Shown: in pieces, positions 30,385 through 40,911 of the stretch
Layout: every line of letters starts with the position of its first letter
How positions within the stretch are numbered: position 1 is the first letter of the stretch
Source of the DNA: Gammaproteobacteria bacterium
GTDB taxonomy: Bacteria; Pseudomonadota; Gammaproteobacteria; JAADGQ01
Length of the DNA: 64,000 bases
Assembly (NCBI GenBank): GCA_021648145.1
Contig: JAKITI010000007.1
Location: forward strand, 1,018-65,017
Reading direction: 5' to 3'
Notes under the pieces: model-generated
The model's database searches: none
What the model saw: only the letters and a program-made list of their open reading frames with translations
What the model was told of the DNA's origin: nothing
Program-made: the position numbers and the translations under genes

Positions 30385-30996
30385 TCAGTTTGTCTGGTTA
30401 CAGCTTACGGGGTCACCATTTACCATTGTGGGTGATGAGCGTGCTCTCCCTGTTCGAGCAATGATAATCGCACGATTATATCGGGACTTTCCTGAACATA
30501 ATGTGAATGTACCATTGTTGCTAGTGATTCCTGTTGAATAGAAACTTAAAAAATAGTCTGTTCGGAAGCCATGATATTGCAGGTTGTTACCTCCTTTAAA
30601 TGAATTTTGAGTTCGAATAATGAGTTCGTTCGTATCTCTTTTATTATTGTGATTGCTATCACTAAAAATAATCCAGCCTGATTGCCATTGTTGGGTGCGA
30701 CTGCAGTGTGTGCCGTTATTGCTTTCACATAAAATAACTTTGTTGTCGCGTTTAATGGCTTCGGAGCGAGCCAGGTTAATATCAGCAATCAGAGAGTTGA
30801 TTTGGCTGGTTAGATAGTTTTTTGTGAAAAAAGATTGCAGGGGCGGGAGTGCCGTTGCTGTGGTGATTGCGACAATAGCAAGCACAGTCAGGAGCTCTAT
30901 TATAGTGAACCCATAATCACAGGCCGTTGGATCGTGAAAGCTCCGACGGCAAAAATTTTGGGTTTTGACATCCATGTCTTGCCCTTTGTTAGCCAA
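30385..30996 (-). CDS. type IV pilus/T2SS minor pseudopilin (FimT/GspH-like)
   Basis: Prepilin cleavage/methylation motif G-FTIIELLTVLAIVAI after an unusually long leader. The true start may be the internal Met MDVK. Confidence 0.6.
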   Translation of the reverse strand: MANKGQDMDVKTQNFCRRSFHDPTACDYGFTIIELLTVLAIVAITTATALPPLQSFFTKNYLTSQINSLIADINLARSEAIKRDNKVILCESNNGTHCSRTQQWQSGWIIFSDSNHNNKRDTNELIIRTQNSFKGGNNLQYHGFRTDYFLSFYSTGITSNNGTFTLCSGKSRYNRAIIIARTGRARSSPTMVNGDPVSCNQTN

Positions 30997-31068
30997 TTAA
31001 TATCCGTAATATGTGACACTTATCACAAAAAATCAAATTTAATTGATTTTTTGAACATTGGTTTTTTA

Positions 31069-32262
31069 TTATTTAAGTAATTTTTTTATTCTGAATAGTG
31101 CTTTCTCTAAATTTTCCATGCTGGTTGCAAAAGAGAGTCGCAGATACCCTGGTGCTCCAAATGCTGACCCTGGCACTAAGGCGACCCCTGATTTTTCTAG
31201 AATATATTCGGCTAATTCAACATCATTATTGATATCTTTAGTTGCGTTTATTGTTGCTTGAACATTGGGGAATGCGTAAAAAGTTCCTTGAGACTTCAGG
31301 CATTCAAAGCCATTAATTTGGTTGAGCTCATTGACAACAAAATCATGACGATTTTTAAATTCAGCTAACATCATTTGTATACAGTTTTGCTCGCCTTCCA
31401 AGGCGGCTTGTGCAGCAATTTGAGAGATAGACGCTGGGTTGGAGGTGCTTTGTGACTGGACTTTTTTCATTGCTTGAATGAGGTTGACTGGGCCCGCGGC
31501 ATAACCGATACGCCAGCCAGTCATTGCATAGGCTTTAGAAACTCCATTGAGCACAATGCTGCGGTCATATAGCTCAGGACAAGCCATCACAATATTGCTG
31601 AAGGGTTCACTATTCCAATAGATATGTTCATACATATCATCAGTTGCAATGATGATATGAGGGTGGCGTTTCAGTACTTCAGCTAATGCAATCAGTTCTG
31701 CGCGGCTATAGACGGATCCCGTTGGGTTTGAAGGGCTGTTGATGACGAATAGCCGAGTGCGTTCAGAAATTGTATTTTCCAATTGCTCGGGTGTGATCTT
31801 GTAACTTTGTTCAATGCCGGCTTCAATAATGACAGGTTGGCCATCGGCCAATAGCACCATGTCAGGATATGAAACCCAATAAGGTGCAGGAATAATAACT
31901 TCATCACCTGGATCAAGCAGTGCTTGCACCAAATTATAAAAACTCTGTTTTCCGCCGCATGAAACCAAAATTTGATTGAGTTCGTAATTCAGACTATTGT
32001 CGCGCTTGAATTTATTTATGATGGCCTGCTTGAGTTCAGTGATACCATCAACGGCTGTATATTTGGTGAAGCCTTGATGGATTGCTGTGATAGCTGCTTC
32101 TTTGATGTGATCTGGCGTATCAAAGTCAGGTTCGCCCACGCCCAAAGCAATGATGTCTTTGCCCATGGCCTTTAGAGCTGCTGCATGCGCGGTCACAGCG
32201 AGAGTAGGGGATGGCTTTATTCTTTTGACACGTTCTGACAAGTGCATGATTTTTCCGATCAA
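31069..32262 (-). CDS. pyridoxal-phosphate-dependent aminotransferase, class I (aspartate/aromatic)
   Basis: SKAYAMTGWRIGY (PLP lysine) and NPSNPTG motifs. Confidence 0.85.
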   Translation of the reverse strand: MIGKIMHLSERVKRIKPSPTLAVTAHAAALKAMGKDIIALGVGEPDFDTPDHIKEAAITAIHQGFTKYTAVDGITELKQAIINKFKRDNSLNYELNQILVSCGGKQSFYNLVQALLDPGDEVIIPAPYWVSYPDMVLLADGQPVIIEAGIEQSYKITPEQLENTISERTRLFVINSPSNPTGSVYSRAELIALAEVLKRHPHIIIATDDMYEHIYWNSEPFSNIVMACPELYDRSIVLNGVSKAYAMTGWRIGYAAGPVNLIQAMKKVQSQSTSNPASISQIAAQAALEGEQNCIQMMLAEFKNRHDFVVNELNQINGFECLKSQGTFYAFPNVQATINATKDINNDVELAEYILEKSGVALVPGSAFGAPGYLRLSFATSMENLEKALFRIKKLLK

Positions 32263-32322
32263 ATTGCTGAGCTATGTAGGTCGCTAAATCATATAACAAT
32301 AAGCCGATAATCAAAATCCTTT

Positions 32323-34338
32323 ATGAATAAAAAATTTGAATTAGTTTCAGCATTTCAACCCTCAGGTGATCAGCCAACTGCAATTGATACGTTGGTGAAT
32401 GGTCTCAATGATGGTTTGATGTATCAAACGCTGCTTGGAGTCACAGGCTCAGGTAAAACGTATACGATTGCCAATGTAATTCAAAAGGTGCAGCGGCCTA
32501 CAGTGATTATGGCGCCCAATAAAGTTTTGGCGGCACAGCTTTATGGTGAAATGAAAGCATTTTTTCCAAATAATTCGGTTGAATACTTTGTCTCTTATTA
32601 TGACTATTACCAGCCAGAAGCGTATGTGCCGGCATCTGATACCTTTATTGAGAAAGATGCTTCGATTAATGACCATATTGAACAGATGCGGCTCTCTGCG
32701 ACAAAAGCACTTCTAGAACGACGCGATACTATTTTAGTAGCTTCAGTATCCGCTATTTACGGCTTGGGTGATCCAAAATCTTATATGAAGATGATCATGC
32801 ATCTGGATCGTGGCGATATTATTGATCAACGTGAAATTCTACGCCGGCTTGCTGATCTGCAATACAGCCGCAACGATGTTGATTTGCGGCGAGGAACCTA
32901 CCGTGTTCGAGGGGAGGTGATTGATATCCATCCGGCAGATTCTGAACATGATGCTGTTCGCATTGAGCTGTTTGATGACGAAATTGAGTCGCTGGCCTGG
33001 TTTGATCCTTTGACCGGTGAGGTGTTGCGCCGAGTGCCGCGTTTAACAATTTACCCTAAATCTCATTATGTGACACCACGTGAAACCGTGCTCTCAGTGA
33101 TTGATCTGATTAAAGTTGAATTAAAAGAACGTTTACTGCAGTTAAATGATGCTGGGAAGCTAGTGGAGGCACAGCGTCTGGAGCAGCGGGTAAAATACGA
33201 TATTGAAATGATGGTCGAGCTGGGGCATTGCTCGGGTATTGAAAACTATTCACGTTACCTTTCAGGACGGGAATCCGGTGAAGCGCCCCCGACACTATTT
33301 GATTATTTGCCAGATGATGCGCTGCTGGTCATTGATGAAAGTCATGTGACGATTCCTCAGATTGGTGCGATGTATAAAGGTGATCGCGCACGTAAAACCA
33401 ATTTGGTGGAGTATGGTTTCCGCCTACCTTCCGCGCTGGATAATCGCCCCATGCGTTTTGACGAATTTGAAAAATTATCGCCACAGTCAATATTTGTTTC
33501 AGCAACGCCGGGGAAATATGAAGCAGAGAATGAAGCGGCTGTTGCAGAGCAAGTGGTGCGTCCAACAGGTTTGGTTGACCCTGAAATTGAAGTGCGACCA
33601 GTGGGCACGCAAGTGGATGATTTGTTATCTGAAATTAATAAGCGTGCCCCGATAGGCGAGCGCGTATTGGTCACAACTCTGACGAAACGCATGGCAGAAG
33701 ATCTGACGGACTATCTGAATGAACATGGTGCCAGAGTACGTTATCTCCATTCCGATATTGATACGGTGGAGCGTGTCGAAATTATTCGTGACTTACGCCT
33801 GGGTAAATTTGATGTGCTGGTGGGTATTAACCTGTTACGTGAAGGTCTGGATATCCCCGAGGTGTCACTGGTTGCGATTCTTGATGCAGATAAAGAAGGG
33901 TTCTTGCGTTCAGAGCGCTCGTTGATTCAAACCATAGGTCGTGCTGCACGTAACCTTAATGGCAAAGCAATTTTGTATGGGGATAAAATAACGGGATCAA
34001 TGCGTTACGCTATTGATGAAACAACGCGTCGTAGAGCGAAGCAGCAGTTACATAATAAACAGCATGGTATTACTCCCCAGAGTGTGAAAAAAGTGGTGTC
34101 TGATATTATGGAAGGGGCTTATGCCAGCAGTTCAGGGTCATCTGCAAAGCGCTATGCTTCTGTTGCAGAAGAGATCATTGAGTATGGAAGTCTGTCACCT
34201 GCAGCGCTGCAGAAGAAAATTAAAGCGTTGGAAAAAAAGATGCATCAACATGCGCGTGACCTTGAGTTTGAGGAGGCTGCATGTGTGCGTGACGAAATTC
34301 ATAAGGTTAAAAAAGCAAATATGGGGTTGGTTCATTAA
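32323..34338 (+). CDS. uvrB: excinuclease ABC subunit B
   Basis: 671 aa with Walker A GVTGSGKT, a beta-hairpin and a C-terminal UvrB/UvrC interaction domain. Confidence 0.9.
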
Positions 34339-34418
34339 AATAAATTTTTTGACTTTTAGGTGTTGGAACGCATAATACGTGGTAGATGAAATTTTTAAAG
34401 AGATTAAAAGGTGACTGT

Positions 34419-34685
34419 ATGAAGTGCGTTGTTTATAAAGGCCGAAAAAAATATGACACCTACCTGTTTGTTGAGCAGGAGGATGACTTTTCACGCATTC
34501 CTGAGTCATTATTAACGATGTTGGGTGAGCTGGAATTAGTGATGTCTGTAGAGCTGACAGAAGATAGAAAGCTGGCCTGTGCCGATGTTGCTGATGTTAG
34601 CAAGCAGTTGCGGGAAGAGGGGTTTTATCTACAGCTTCCACCGAAAACCTATTTACCCAATATGATTCCTTCTATGGCGCATTAA
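34419..34685 (+). CDS. YcgL-domain protein
   Basis: MKCVVYKGRKKYDTYLFVE...FYLQLPP is typical of the YcgL (DUF709) family. The start is taken at internal ATG 34419. Confidence 0.55.
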   Translation: MKCVVYKGRKKYDTYLFVEQEDDFSRIPESLLTMLGELELVMSVELTEDRKLACADVADVSKQLREEGFYLQLPPKTYLPNMIPSMAH

Positions 34686-34691
34686 TAGGCT

Positions 34692-35477
34692 ATGGAAGAA
34701 AAAAACCAACATCAACCTGACTTAGACTCATCAAGCGAGGTCAGAGTTCTGCCGTTTGTCGCACATTTGGTGGAGTTGCGGAATCGGCTGATAAAAATAC
34801 TTTTGGCGGTATTACTCATTTTTATAGCACTTTTTCCATTTGCTAATGATCTTTACACGCTGCTTGCTGAGCCGATCATGCGCTATTTGCCAGAAGGTAG
34901 TACCATGATTGCAACGGGAGTGACTGCACCCTTCTTGACCCCCTTTAAATTTGCATTGGTTTTGGCTGTTTATTTGGCAATACCGGCTATTTTATATCAG
35001 GTGTGGGCGTTTGTAGCGCCTGGTTTGTATTCAAAAGAGCAGCGATTGATTTTACCTTTGGTTATTTCCAGTACGTTACTGTTTTATGCTGGAATGGTAT
35101 TTGCCTATTATGTTGTTTTTCCAGTTTTATTCGGGTTTTTCATGGGAACAGCCCCCGAGGGTGTTGCTGTCATGCCCGATATTGCAAACTATCTGGATAC
35201 GGTGTTAAAGCTATTTTTTGCTTTTGGCTTGGCATTTGAAGTGCCGGTTGCTGTGGTGCTATTAGTTCGCATGGGAGTGACGAGCGTTGAAAAATTGAGC
35301 ACTAAACGCCCTTATATTATTTTGGGAGCATTTGTTGTTGCGATGTTACTGACACCGCCTGATGTTATTTCTCAAACATTGTTAGCGATTCCAGTTTGGC
35401 TGTTGTTTGAGCTTGGACTGCTTGTTTCTCGATGGGTCACGCCGGTTAAATCTATAGAAAAATCGACACAGGATTGA
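34692..35477 (+). CDS. tatC: twin-arginine translocase subunit TatC
   Basis: 261 aa with six TM segments, LxxHLxELRxRL and the FxxPGL motif (FVAPGLY). Confidence 0.85.
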   Translation: MEEKNQHQPDLDSSSEVRVLPFVAHLVELRNRLIKILLAVLLIFIALFPFANDLYTLLAEPIMRYLPEGSTMIATGVTAPFLTPFKFALVLAVYLAIPAILYQVWAFVAPGLYSKEQRLILPLVISSTLLFYAGMVFAYYVVFPVLFGFFMGTAPEGVAVMPDIANYLDTVLKLFFAFGLAFEVPVAVVLLVRMGVTSVEKLSTKRPYIILGAFVVAMLLTPPDVISQTLLAIPVWLLFELGLLVSRWVTPVKSIEKSTQD

Positions 35478-35478
35478 A

Positions 35479-36411
35479 ATGGAAGAATATAAAACAGTGA
35501 GTAATTCTCTAAAGGTATCTTTTATCACAAAAGTGACTGACGCTCTATTTTCATTACCTCAATATTTATTGCCGCATCATGCTTTGTCGCGTTTAGTCTA
35601 TCGGGCAACCCAGATAAAAGTGGTGTGGTGGAAAAATGGCTTTATAAAGAATTTTATCAAACTCTATAAAATTGATATGCAGATTGCCAAAGAGAGTGAT
35701 CCCACGGCATACGAGAATTTTAATCAGTTTTTTACTCGCCCCCTTAAACCAGAAGCGCGCCCGATAGCAGAAATAGAAGGGGGGGTGATTTCTCCAGTTG
35801 ATGCCGTTGTCAGTCAGTTCGGCGCGCTGGTGGGTGATGGAGGAAATTATCTGATTCAAGCCAAGGGGCATGACTATTCGGTGGACTCTTTACTCGGAGG
35901 CGGCTCCAAATGGGTGTCAAAATTCCAAGGCGGGGAGTTTGCAACGCTCTATTTATCACCGAGTGATTATCACCGCATTCATATGCCTCTGGAGGGTCGT
36001 CTATTAGAAACCATCTATGTGCCGGGTCGCTTATTTAGCGTGAACCAGGCAACGGCACGTTCTATACCATCACTTTTTGCTCGAAATGAGCGTCTGGTGA
36101 CAATTTTTGAAACAGAAGTGGGGCCGATGGCACTGGTTATGGTCGGAGCACTCTTTGTATCAGGTATTGAAACTGTTTGGGATGGTGGTATCTCACGCCC
36201 CCCCGCAAAGAGTGTTCAACGTAAGGCTTACGGTGAGGGTGAGTCGGTTGTCTCTTTGAAAAAAGGCGAAGAGTTGGGGCGTTTTAATATGGGGTCTACA
36301 GTCATTTTGTTGTTTGGCGCTGATCAAATTAAATGGGCGGACTCGATTGAACTTGAAGAAAAAGTTCATATGGGGCAGTCGTTGGCTCAAAGAAAACAAA
36401 ATGTGTTATAA
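35479..36411 (+). CDS. psd: phosphatidylserine decarboxylase proenzyme
   Basis: LSPSDYHRIHMP and the C-terminal FNMGSTV self-cleavage (LGST) motif. Confidence 0.85.
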   Translation: MEEYKTVSNSLKVSFITKVTDALFSLPQYLLPHHALSRLVYRATQIKVVWWKNGFIKNFIKLYKIDMQIAKESDPTAYENFNQFFTRPLKPEARPIAEIEGGVISPVDAVVSQFGALVGDGGNYLIQAKGHDYSVDSLLGGGSKWVSKFQGGEFATLYLSPSDYHRIHMPLEGRLLETIYVPGRLFSVNQATARSIPSLFARNERLVTIFETEVGPMALVMVGALFVSGIETVWDGGISRPPAKSVQRKAYGEGESVVSLKKGEELGRFNMGSTVILLFGADQIKWADSIELEEKVHMGQSLAQRKQNVL

Positions 36412-36694
36412 AACGTATTCTTGACTTTATTCATAGGTTTAGAGCAAAATCTTCAAATCACTCTTGTTTAGTCACAATAAGGCATTAGTAATTTTGATCT
36501 GAATATTTCCAGGGAAGGAGTGATATATATAGGAAATTAAAGCATGATGCAGTCAGTCAATGACTCTTTCATGCTGATGTTTTTGGAAAAAATTAAGTGT
36601 TTAGTAAGTGATTTAACGTATAGGCATTGAGTTTTAACGATGTATTCTTTGCTTAATAACTGTTCGAATAAATATATTAAGAGACTTGCGTATT

Positions 36695-39600
36695 ATGTAC
36701 TATTTTAACAAGAACAAGAATAAAAAAGCTGAATTTAAACCAATAAAATATATCAGCAAATTATCTCTTTCACTTGTCATAGCAACATCACCTGTCATAA
36801 GTCATGCCGTTTTTGAAGCGAATCCTGCTGGGGAAATTTCTCTGGCGGGCGCTAAAAATGGAGGGGTGGCCTGGAGTGATTATAATAATGACTCTTGCCT
36901 TGATATCTTGGTGAATGCTGGCAATGTTCAGCTTTTGCAGCAAGACAAGGCTGATGGAATCTGTATGGGTACTTTTAGTATTGCTCGTACTTTTGGCTCT
37001 CCAACAGACGATCTTCGCTCTGTCGTCTGGGGCGATTTTAATAATGATGGGTATACTGATTTTGCTGTTAATAAATTTAATCAGCTGGTGATCTATAAAA
37101 ATGTTGATGGTACGGCGGCATCGTTTATTGACGTATTAAATGAAGATCCCGGTAACTCTGAGGGGTTGGGCTGGCTTGATTATGATGCGGATGGTGATTT
37201 AGATCTTTTAGTGCAAAATCAAGAGATGGGTACGTACCTTTATAAGAATAATGGTAATGATGTTTTTGTTTATTCCAGTATTCACTCAGCGAATAAACTT
37301 GGTGATTATTTGGCCGTCACTGATTTTGATGTGGATGGTGATGTTGATGCCTATATTCGTCGAGATGGGCGAGCCAATAATGATGCACAAATAGATCTAT
37401 ATGTTAACGACGGTACCGGCACCTTCTCACTCAATAATACAGTCAATGAAAACTCACCTAATAATAATAAGGGTGGGGCAGTTTTTTGTGATTTTGATAA
37501 TGATGGTGACTTTGATCTGGCTCGAACAGAGGGTGGTCAGCAGGGAATTTTTGAGCAGATCAATGGTGAATTTTCTTTAAAAACAGAAACAAGTTTTTCT
37601 GGTCGTTATGAAAGTATTGCTTGTGAAGATGTCAATAACGATGGTCTTGTTGACCTTTTTTTAGGCGGCGAAGTGAGTACGTTGTATCTTAATAATGGTG
37701 ACTTTTCTTTTACAATAGATAACCTGAATATCGCTGAAAATGGGGGTGTTGGCAAAGGAAGCGCCTTTGCTGATTACGATCGTGATGGTGATATGGACCT
37801 GTTGATTAATAAAAACAATGCACCAACAGAGCTTTGGAAAAACCTGAAAAATGATAAAAATTACCTTCAGGTTCAATTAACAACAAATAATCGTGATGCA
37901 TTAGGAGCCACGGTTCGCTTGTATAATGCGGATACAAATGAAGCGGTCTCTGGTGTGCGAGAAATTAATGGCGGTATGGGGTGGGGAAGTCAGGCTGCAC
38001 CTTTTGCTCATTTTGGCGGTATTGATCCAGAAAGTACTTATATTGTACGCGTGAAATTTGTTGGTGGAGAGACCGCTGATCATCCGGTTTTGCCTAGCAA
38101 ACTATGTGATTATCAGTTGCTATCAATTGATAGTGATGGCAGTGATAATTTGCGTGAGTGTACTTCTGATACCGATGGTGATGGTATCAAGGATGACGTT
38201 GATCTGGATGATGATAACGATGGCATTACCGATGCAATAGAAGGTGATGGTGGAGTGGACACCGATAAAGATGGTGTGCCTGACAGTCGTGATTTAGACA
38301 GTGACAATGATGGTTTGTATGACCTGACTGAATCAGGAGCCGATCTGGCGCTGGTACTGGATAACGACAATGATGGCCGTATCAATGGAGATGTGGGCGC
38401 TAATGGTTTGCCAGATTCTGTAGAAACTGCACCAGAGTCTGGTGTGGCTAATTACAATAATGGTCAGCCGGTAGATACCGATGGTGATGAAATTCCTGAT
38501 TTTCGTGATCTGGACTCAGATAATGATGGCATTCCTGATGTAACTGAAGCTGGCGCACAAAATCCTGATAATAATGCATTTATTGGCGAGGGCGCGCCAC
38601 CTGTTGTAAATGCGAATGGTTTAGCTGAAGGTGCCGGCGTGACACCTTTGAATACTGATCGTGATAATGAAGTTAAAGAGCAAGCAGCCAATGTTCCCGA
38701 TTACCGTGATTTAGACAGTGACAATGATGGTTTGTATGACCTGACTGAATCAGGAGCCGATCTGGCACTGGTTATGGATGATGACAGTAATGGCCGTATT
38801 GATGGCGATGTAGGTATGAATGGTTTGCCAGACTCAGTAGAGACTGCGCCAGATTCTGGTATGGTGAATTACAATAATGGCCAGCCTGTTGATACCGATG
38901 GAGATAAACTGCCAGATTATCGTGATCTTGATTCTGAAAATGATGGCATTCCTGATGTGAGAGAAGGGGGTGCCAATGATCAGGATCTTGATGCTAATGA
39001 TGGCCGCATTTATGGCTTTATAGATGGGAATAGTGATGGGCTTGATGACAGCATTGGAAACTCTCCATTACCTGTCCCTGATACCGATGGTGATGGAGTT
39101 TCAGATTATCTGGATTATGATTCAGATAATGATGGCCTGAAGGATCTGGTTGAAGGTGGTGGAATTGATGTAGATAACAACGGTCTCGTTGATGAAATGG
39201 TAGATATCAACACGGATGGCTATGATGACCAGCTTGCAATTACTCCGCTAACAATTCCTGATACAAATGGCGATACAATCCCTGATTTTCGTGATGCTAA
39301 AGAACGGGTAGTAGATCCACCACCTGTCGTTGCAAATTATTCAGAGCTGGAAACAGGTTTGAAAGGTGTTGGCGGAGTGGGTGCAATGAGCCCTGTATTT
39401 CCATTGTTATTGATTGTTTCACTATTTTGTTTAGTGATGCGGAGCAAATCAAAACTCAGTGGTATGAAAGCTTTAAGTGGCTCGGTGTTCGCTGTGGTTC
39501 TAGGTTCAGGCACTCTGTGGGCAACACCCGCAAGTGCTGAAGCGGCAGAACTTGATATGCCTGATCACCAGAGTTCTAGTCAGCGTGTATTTGAATGGCA

Positions 39601-40738
39601 AAGCCGCTGGTATGGTGGTTTAGGGATAGGCCTCTCTAATCTGGAGCCTGATTCGAACGGAACAGTTTACTCTGTTGAAGATAAGCGTAGTCAAGGCGGA
39701 CGTGCCTTTATTGGTTATGACCTGTTTAAACGCCTGAGTCTGGAAGGCTATTATTCTGATCTTGGGGAAGCCAAAATAGCTGGAGTAGGAGCGATTCCAG
39801 GGGGTGCGATTGAGTATCAGGATGTAGGTTTAAGTGCCTTATATTATCTATATAAGCAAAACCTGAATCATGAAGGTTTTGGCTTGTTCGGTAAAATGGG
39901 CGCGGGTCGGATGAGAAACCAGTCAGACTTACCATTTAATCGCCTTAAGGACTACCACCTGTTATGGGGAGGAGGCATTGAGTATGCGTTTAAAAATGGT
40001 TTGGCCTTACGGGGTGATTTTGACTTTTATGACAAGGATTCTCAATTCGTTACGGTGAGCTTGATGAAACGCTTTGGTGATCTCAAACCTGTTCCCGTTG
40101 TTGTACCATTACCGGAAATTAAAGATAGCGATGGTGATGGAGTTGTAGATGAAAAAGATAGATGCCCTGATACAGTTGTTGGTGCAGTCGTTGATATTCA
40201 CGGATGTGAGCTAGATACTGATAAAGATGGCGTTGTTGATCGCTTGGATCAATGCCCGAATACTCCGCAAGGAACTCCTGTTGATGCAGTCGGTTGTCCA
40301 TTAGATAGCGATGGTGATGGCGTAATTGATGCAAAAGATCGTTGCCCTGACACTCGTGCGGGAGCCAAAGTTGATGAGCATGGCTGTGAAATCAAAGAAG
40401 TTATTGTGCTTAAAGATGTACACTTTGATACGGATAAAGCAGTACTAACTGATGCAGCACTACACATTTTAAGTGAAGTAGAAGAGACATTGCGTCAGAA
40501 CCCTGAATTGAATGTCGATGTGATTGGGCATACCGATAGTCGTGGGGGTCACTCTTATAACCAAAATTTATCAATATTACGTGCAAAATCTGTACGTAAT
40601 CATCTGATTGCTGCGGGTATAGCGAGTGAGCGTTTATTCATCAAAGGTTTCAGTTTTGATAGACCAGATGCTGATAATTCAACCCCAGAAGGACGAGCAA
40701 AAAATCGCCGCGTTGAGTTAAATGTTGTGGATCAGTAA
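36695..40738 (+). CDS. single uninterrupted ORF with two protein-like parts (possible fusion or lost stop)
   Basis: Part 1 is about 36695-39463. It has a signal peptide, FG-GAP/VCBS-like repeats (DFNNDGYTDF, DYDADGDLDLL) and about 25 thrombospondin type 3 Ca-binding repeats (DTDGDGIKDDVDLDDDNDG...). It ends in a GlyGly-CTERM-like tail (GVGGVGAMSPVFPLLLIVSLFCLVMRSKSK).

Part 2 is about 39464-40738. It begins with a canonical signal peptide (MKALSGSVFAVVLGSGTLWATPASA). It continues with an 8-strand OmpA-like barrel, TSP3 repeats (DSDGDGVVDEKDRCPDT x3) and an OmpA C-terminal peptidoglycan-binding domain (NVDVIGHTDSRG...LSILRAKSV...RRVEL).

The ORF-table start at 36686 is TTG. The first ATG is at 36695. 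Confidence 0.75.
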   Translation: MYYFNKNKNKKAEFKPIKYISKLSLSLVIATSPVISHAVFEANPAGEISLAGAKNGGVAWSDYNNDSCLDILVNAGNVQLLQQDKADGICMGTFSIARTFGSPTDDLRSVVWGDFNNDGYTDFAVNKFNQLVIYKNVDGTAASFIDVLNEDPGNSEGLGWLDYDADGDLDLLVQNQEMGTYLYKNNGNDVFVYSSIHSANKLGDYLAVTDFDVDGDVDAYIRRDGRANNDAQIDLYVNDGTGTFSLNNTVNENSPNNNKGGAVFCDFDNDGDFDLARTEGGQQGIFEQINGEFSLKTETSFSGRYESIACEDVNNDGLVDLFLGGEVSTLYLNNGDFSFTIDNLNIAENGGVGKGSAFADYDRDGDMDLLINKNNAPTELWKNLKNDKNYLQVQLTTNNRDALGATVRLYNADTNEAVSGVREINGGMGWGSQAAPFAHFGGIDPESTYIVRVKFVGGETADHPVLPSKLCDYQLLSIDSDGSDNLRECTSDTDGDGIKDDVDLDDDNDGITDAIEGDGGVDTDKDGVPDSRDLDSDNDGLYDLTESGADLALVLDNDNDGRINGDVGANGLPDSVETAPESGVANYNNGQPVDTDGDEIPDFRDLDSDNDGIPDVTEAGAQNPDNNAFIGEGAPPVVNANGLAEGAGVTPLNTDRDNEVKEQAANVPDYRDLDSDNDGLYDLTESGADLALVMDDDSNGRIDGDVGMNGLPDSVETAPDSGMVNYNNGQPVDTDGDKLPDYRDLDSENDGIPDVREGGANDQDLDANDGRIYGFIDGNSDGLDDSIGNSPLPVPDTDGDGVSDYLDYDSDNDGLKDLVEGGGIDVDNNGLVDEMVDINTDGYDDQLAITPLTIPDTNGDTIPDFRDAKERVVDPPPVVANYSELETGLKGVGGVGAMSPVFPLLLIVSLFCLVMRSKSKLSGMKALSGSVFAVVLGSGTLWATPASAEAAELDMPDHQSSSQRVFEWQSRWYGGLGIGLSNLEPDSNGTVYSVEDKRSQGGRAFIGYDLFKRLSLEGYYSDLGEAKIAGVGAIPGGAIEYQDVGLSALYYLYKQNLNHEGFGLFGKMGAGRMRNQSDLPFNRLKDYHLLWGGGIEYAFKNGLALRGDFDFYDKDSQFVTVSLMKRFGDLKPVPVVVPLPEIKDSDGDGVVDEKDRCPDTVVGAVVDIHGCELDTDKDGVVDRLDQCPNTPQGTPVDAVGCPLDSDGDGVIDAKDRCPDTRAGAKVDEHGCEIKEVIVLKDVHFDTDKAVLTDAALHILSEVEETLRQNPELNVDVIGHTDSRGGHSYNQNLSILRAKSVRNHLIAAGIASERLFIKGFSFDRPDADNSTPEGRAKNRRVELNVVDQ

Positions 40739-40911
40739 TATCACTGAAAATGTGTAATTTTTGAAATAAAAAAGCTTGGCCGCATATCATATGTAGTCAG
40801 GCTTTTTTTATATCGCACTCAGGTATTACTTACTATTTAACAGGCTACTATCAGTGCCTTATCCATAACGGGATACAAACCAATCTATTTTGGGAAAGAA
40901 GAGAGTGTGCT

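Noticed and set aside
40775-40810. Possible terminator after the OmpA-like ORF
   Set aside because: Stem pairing is weak and imperfect, though a T-run is present. It is not convincing enough to annotate.
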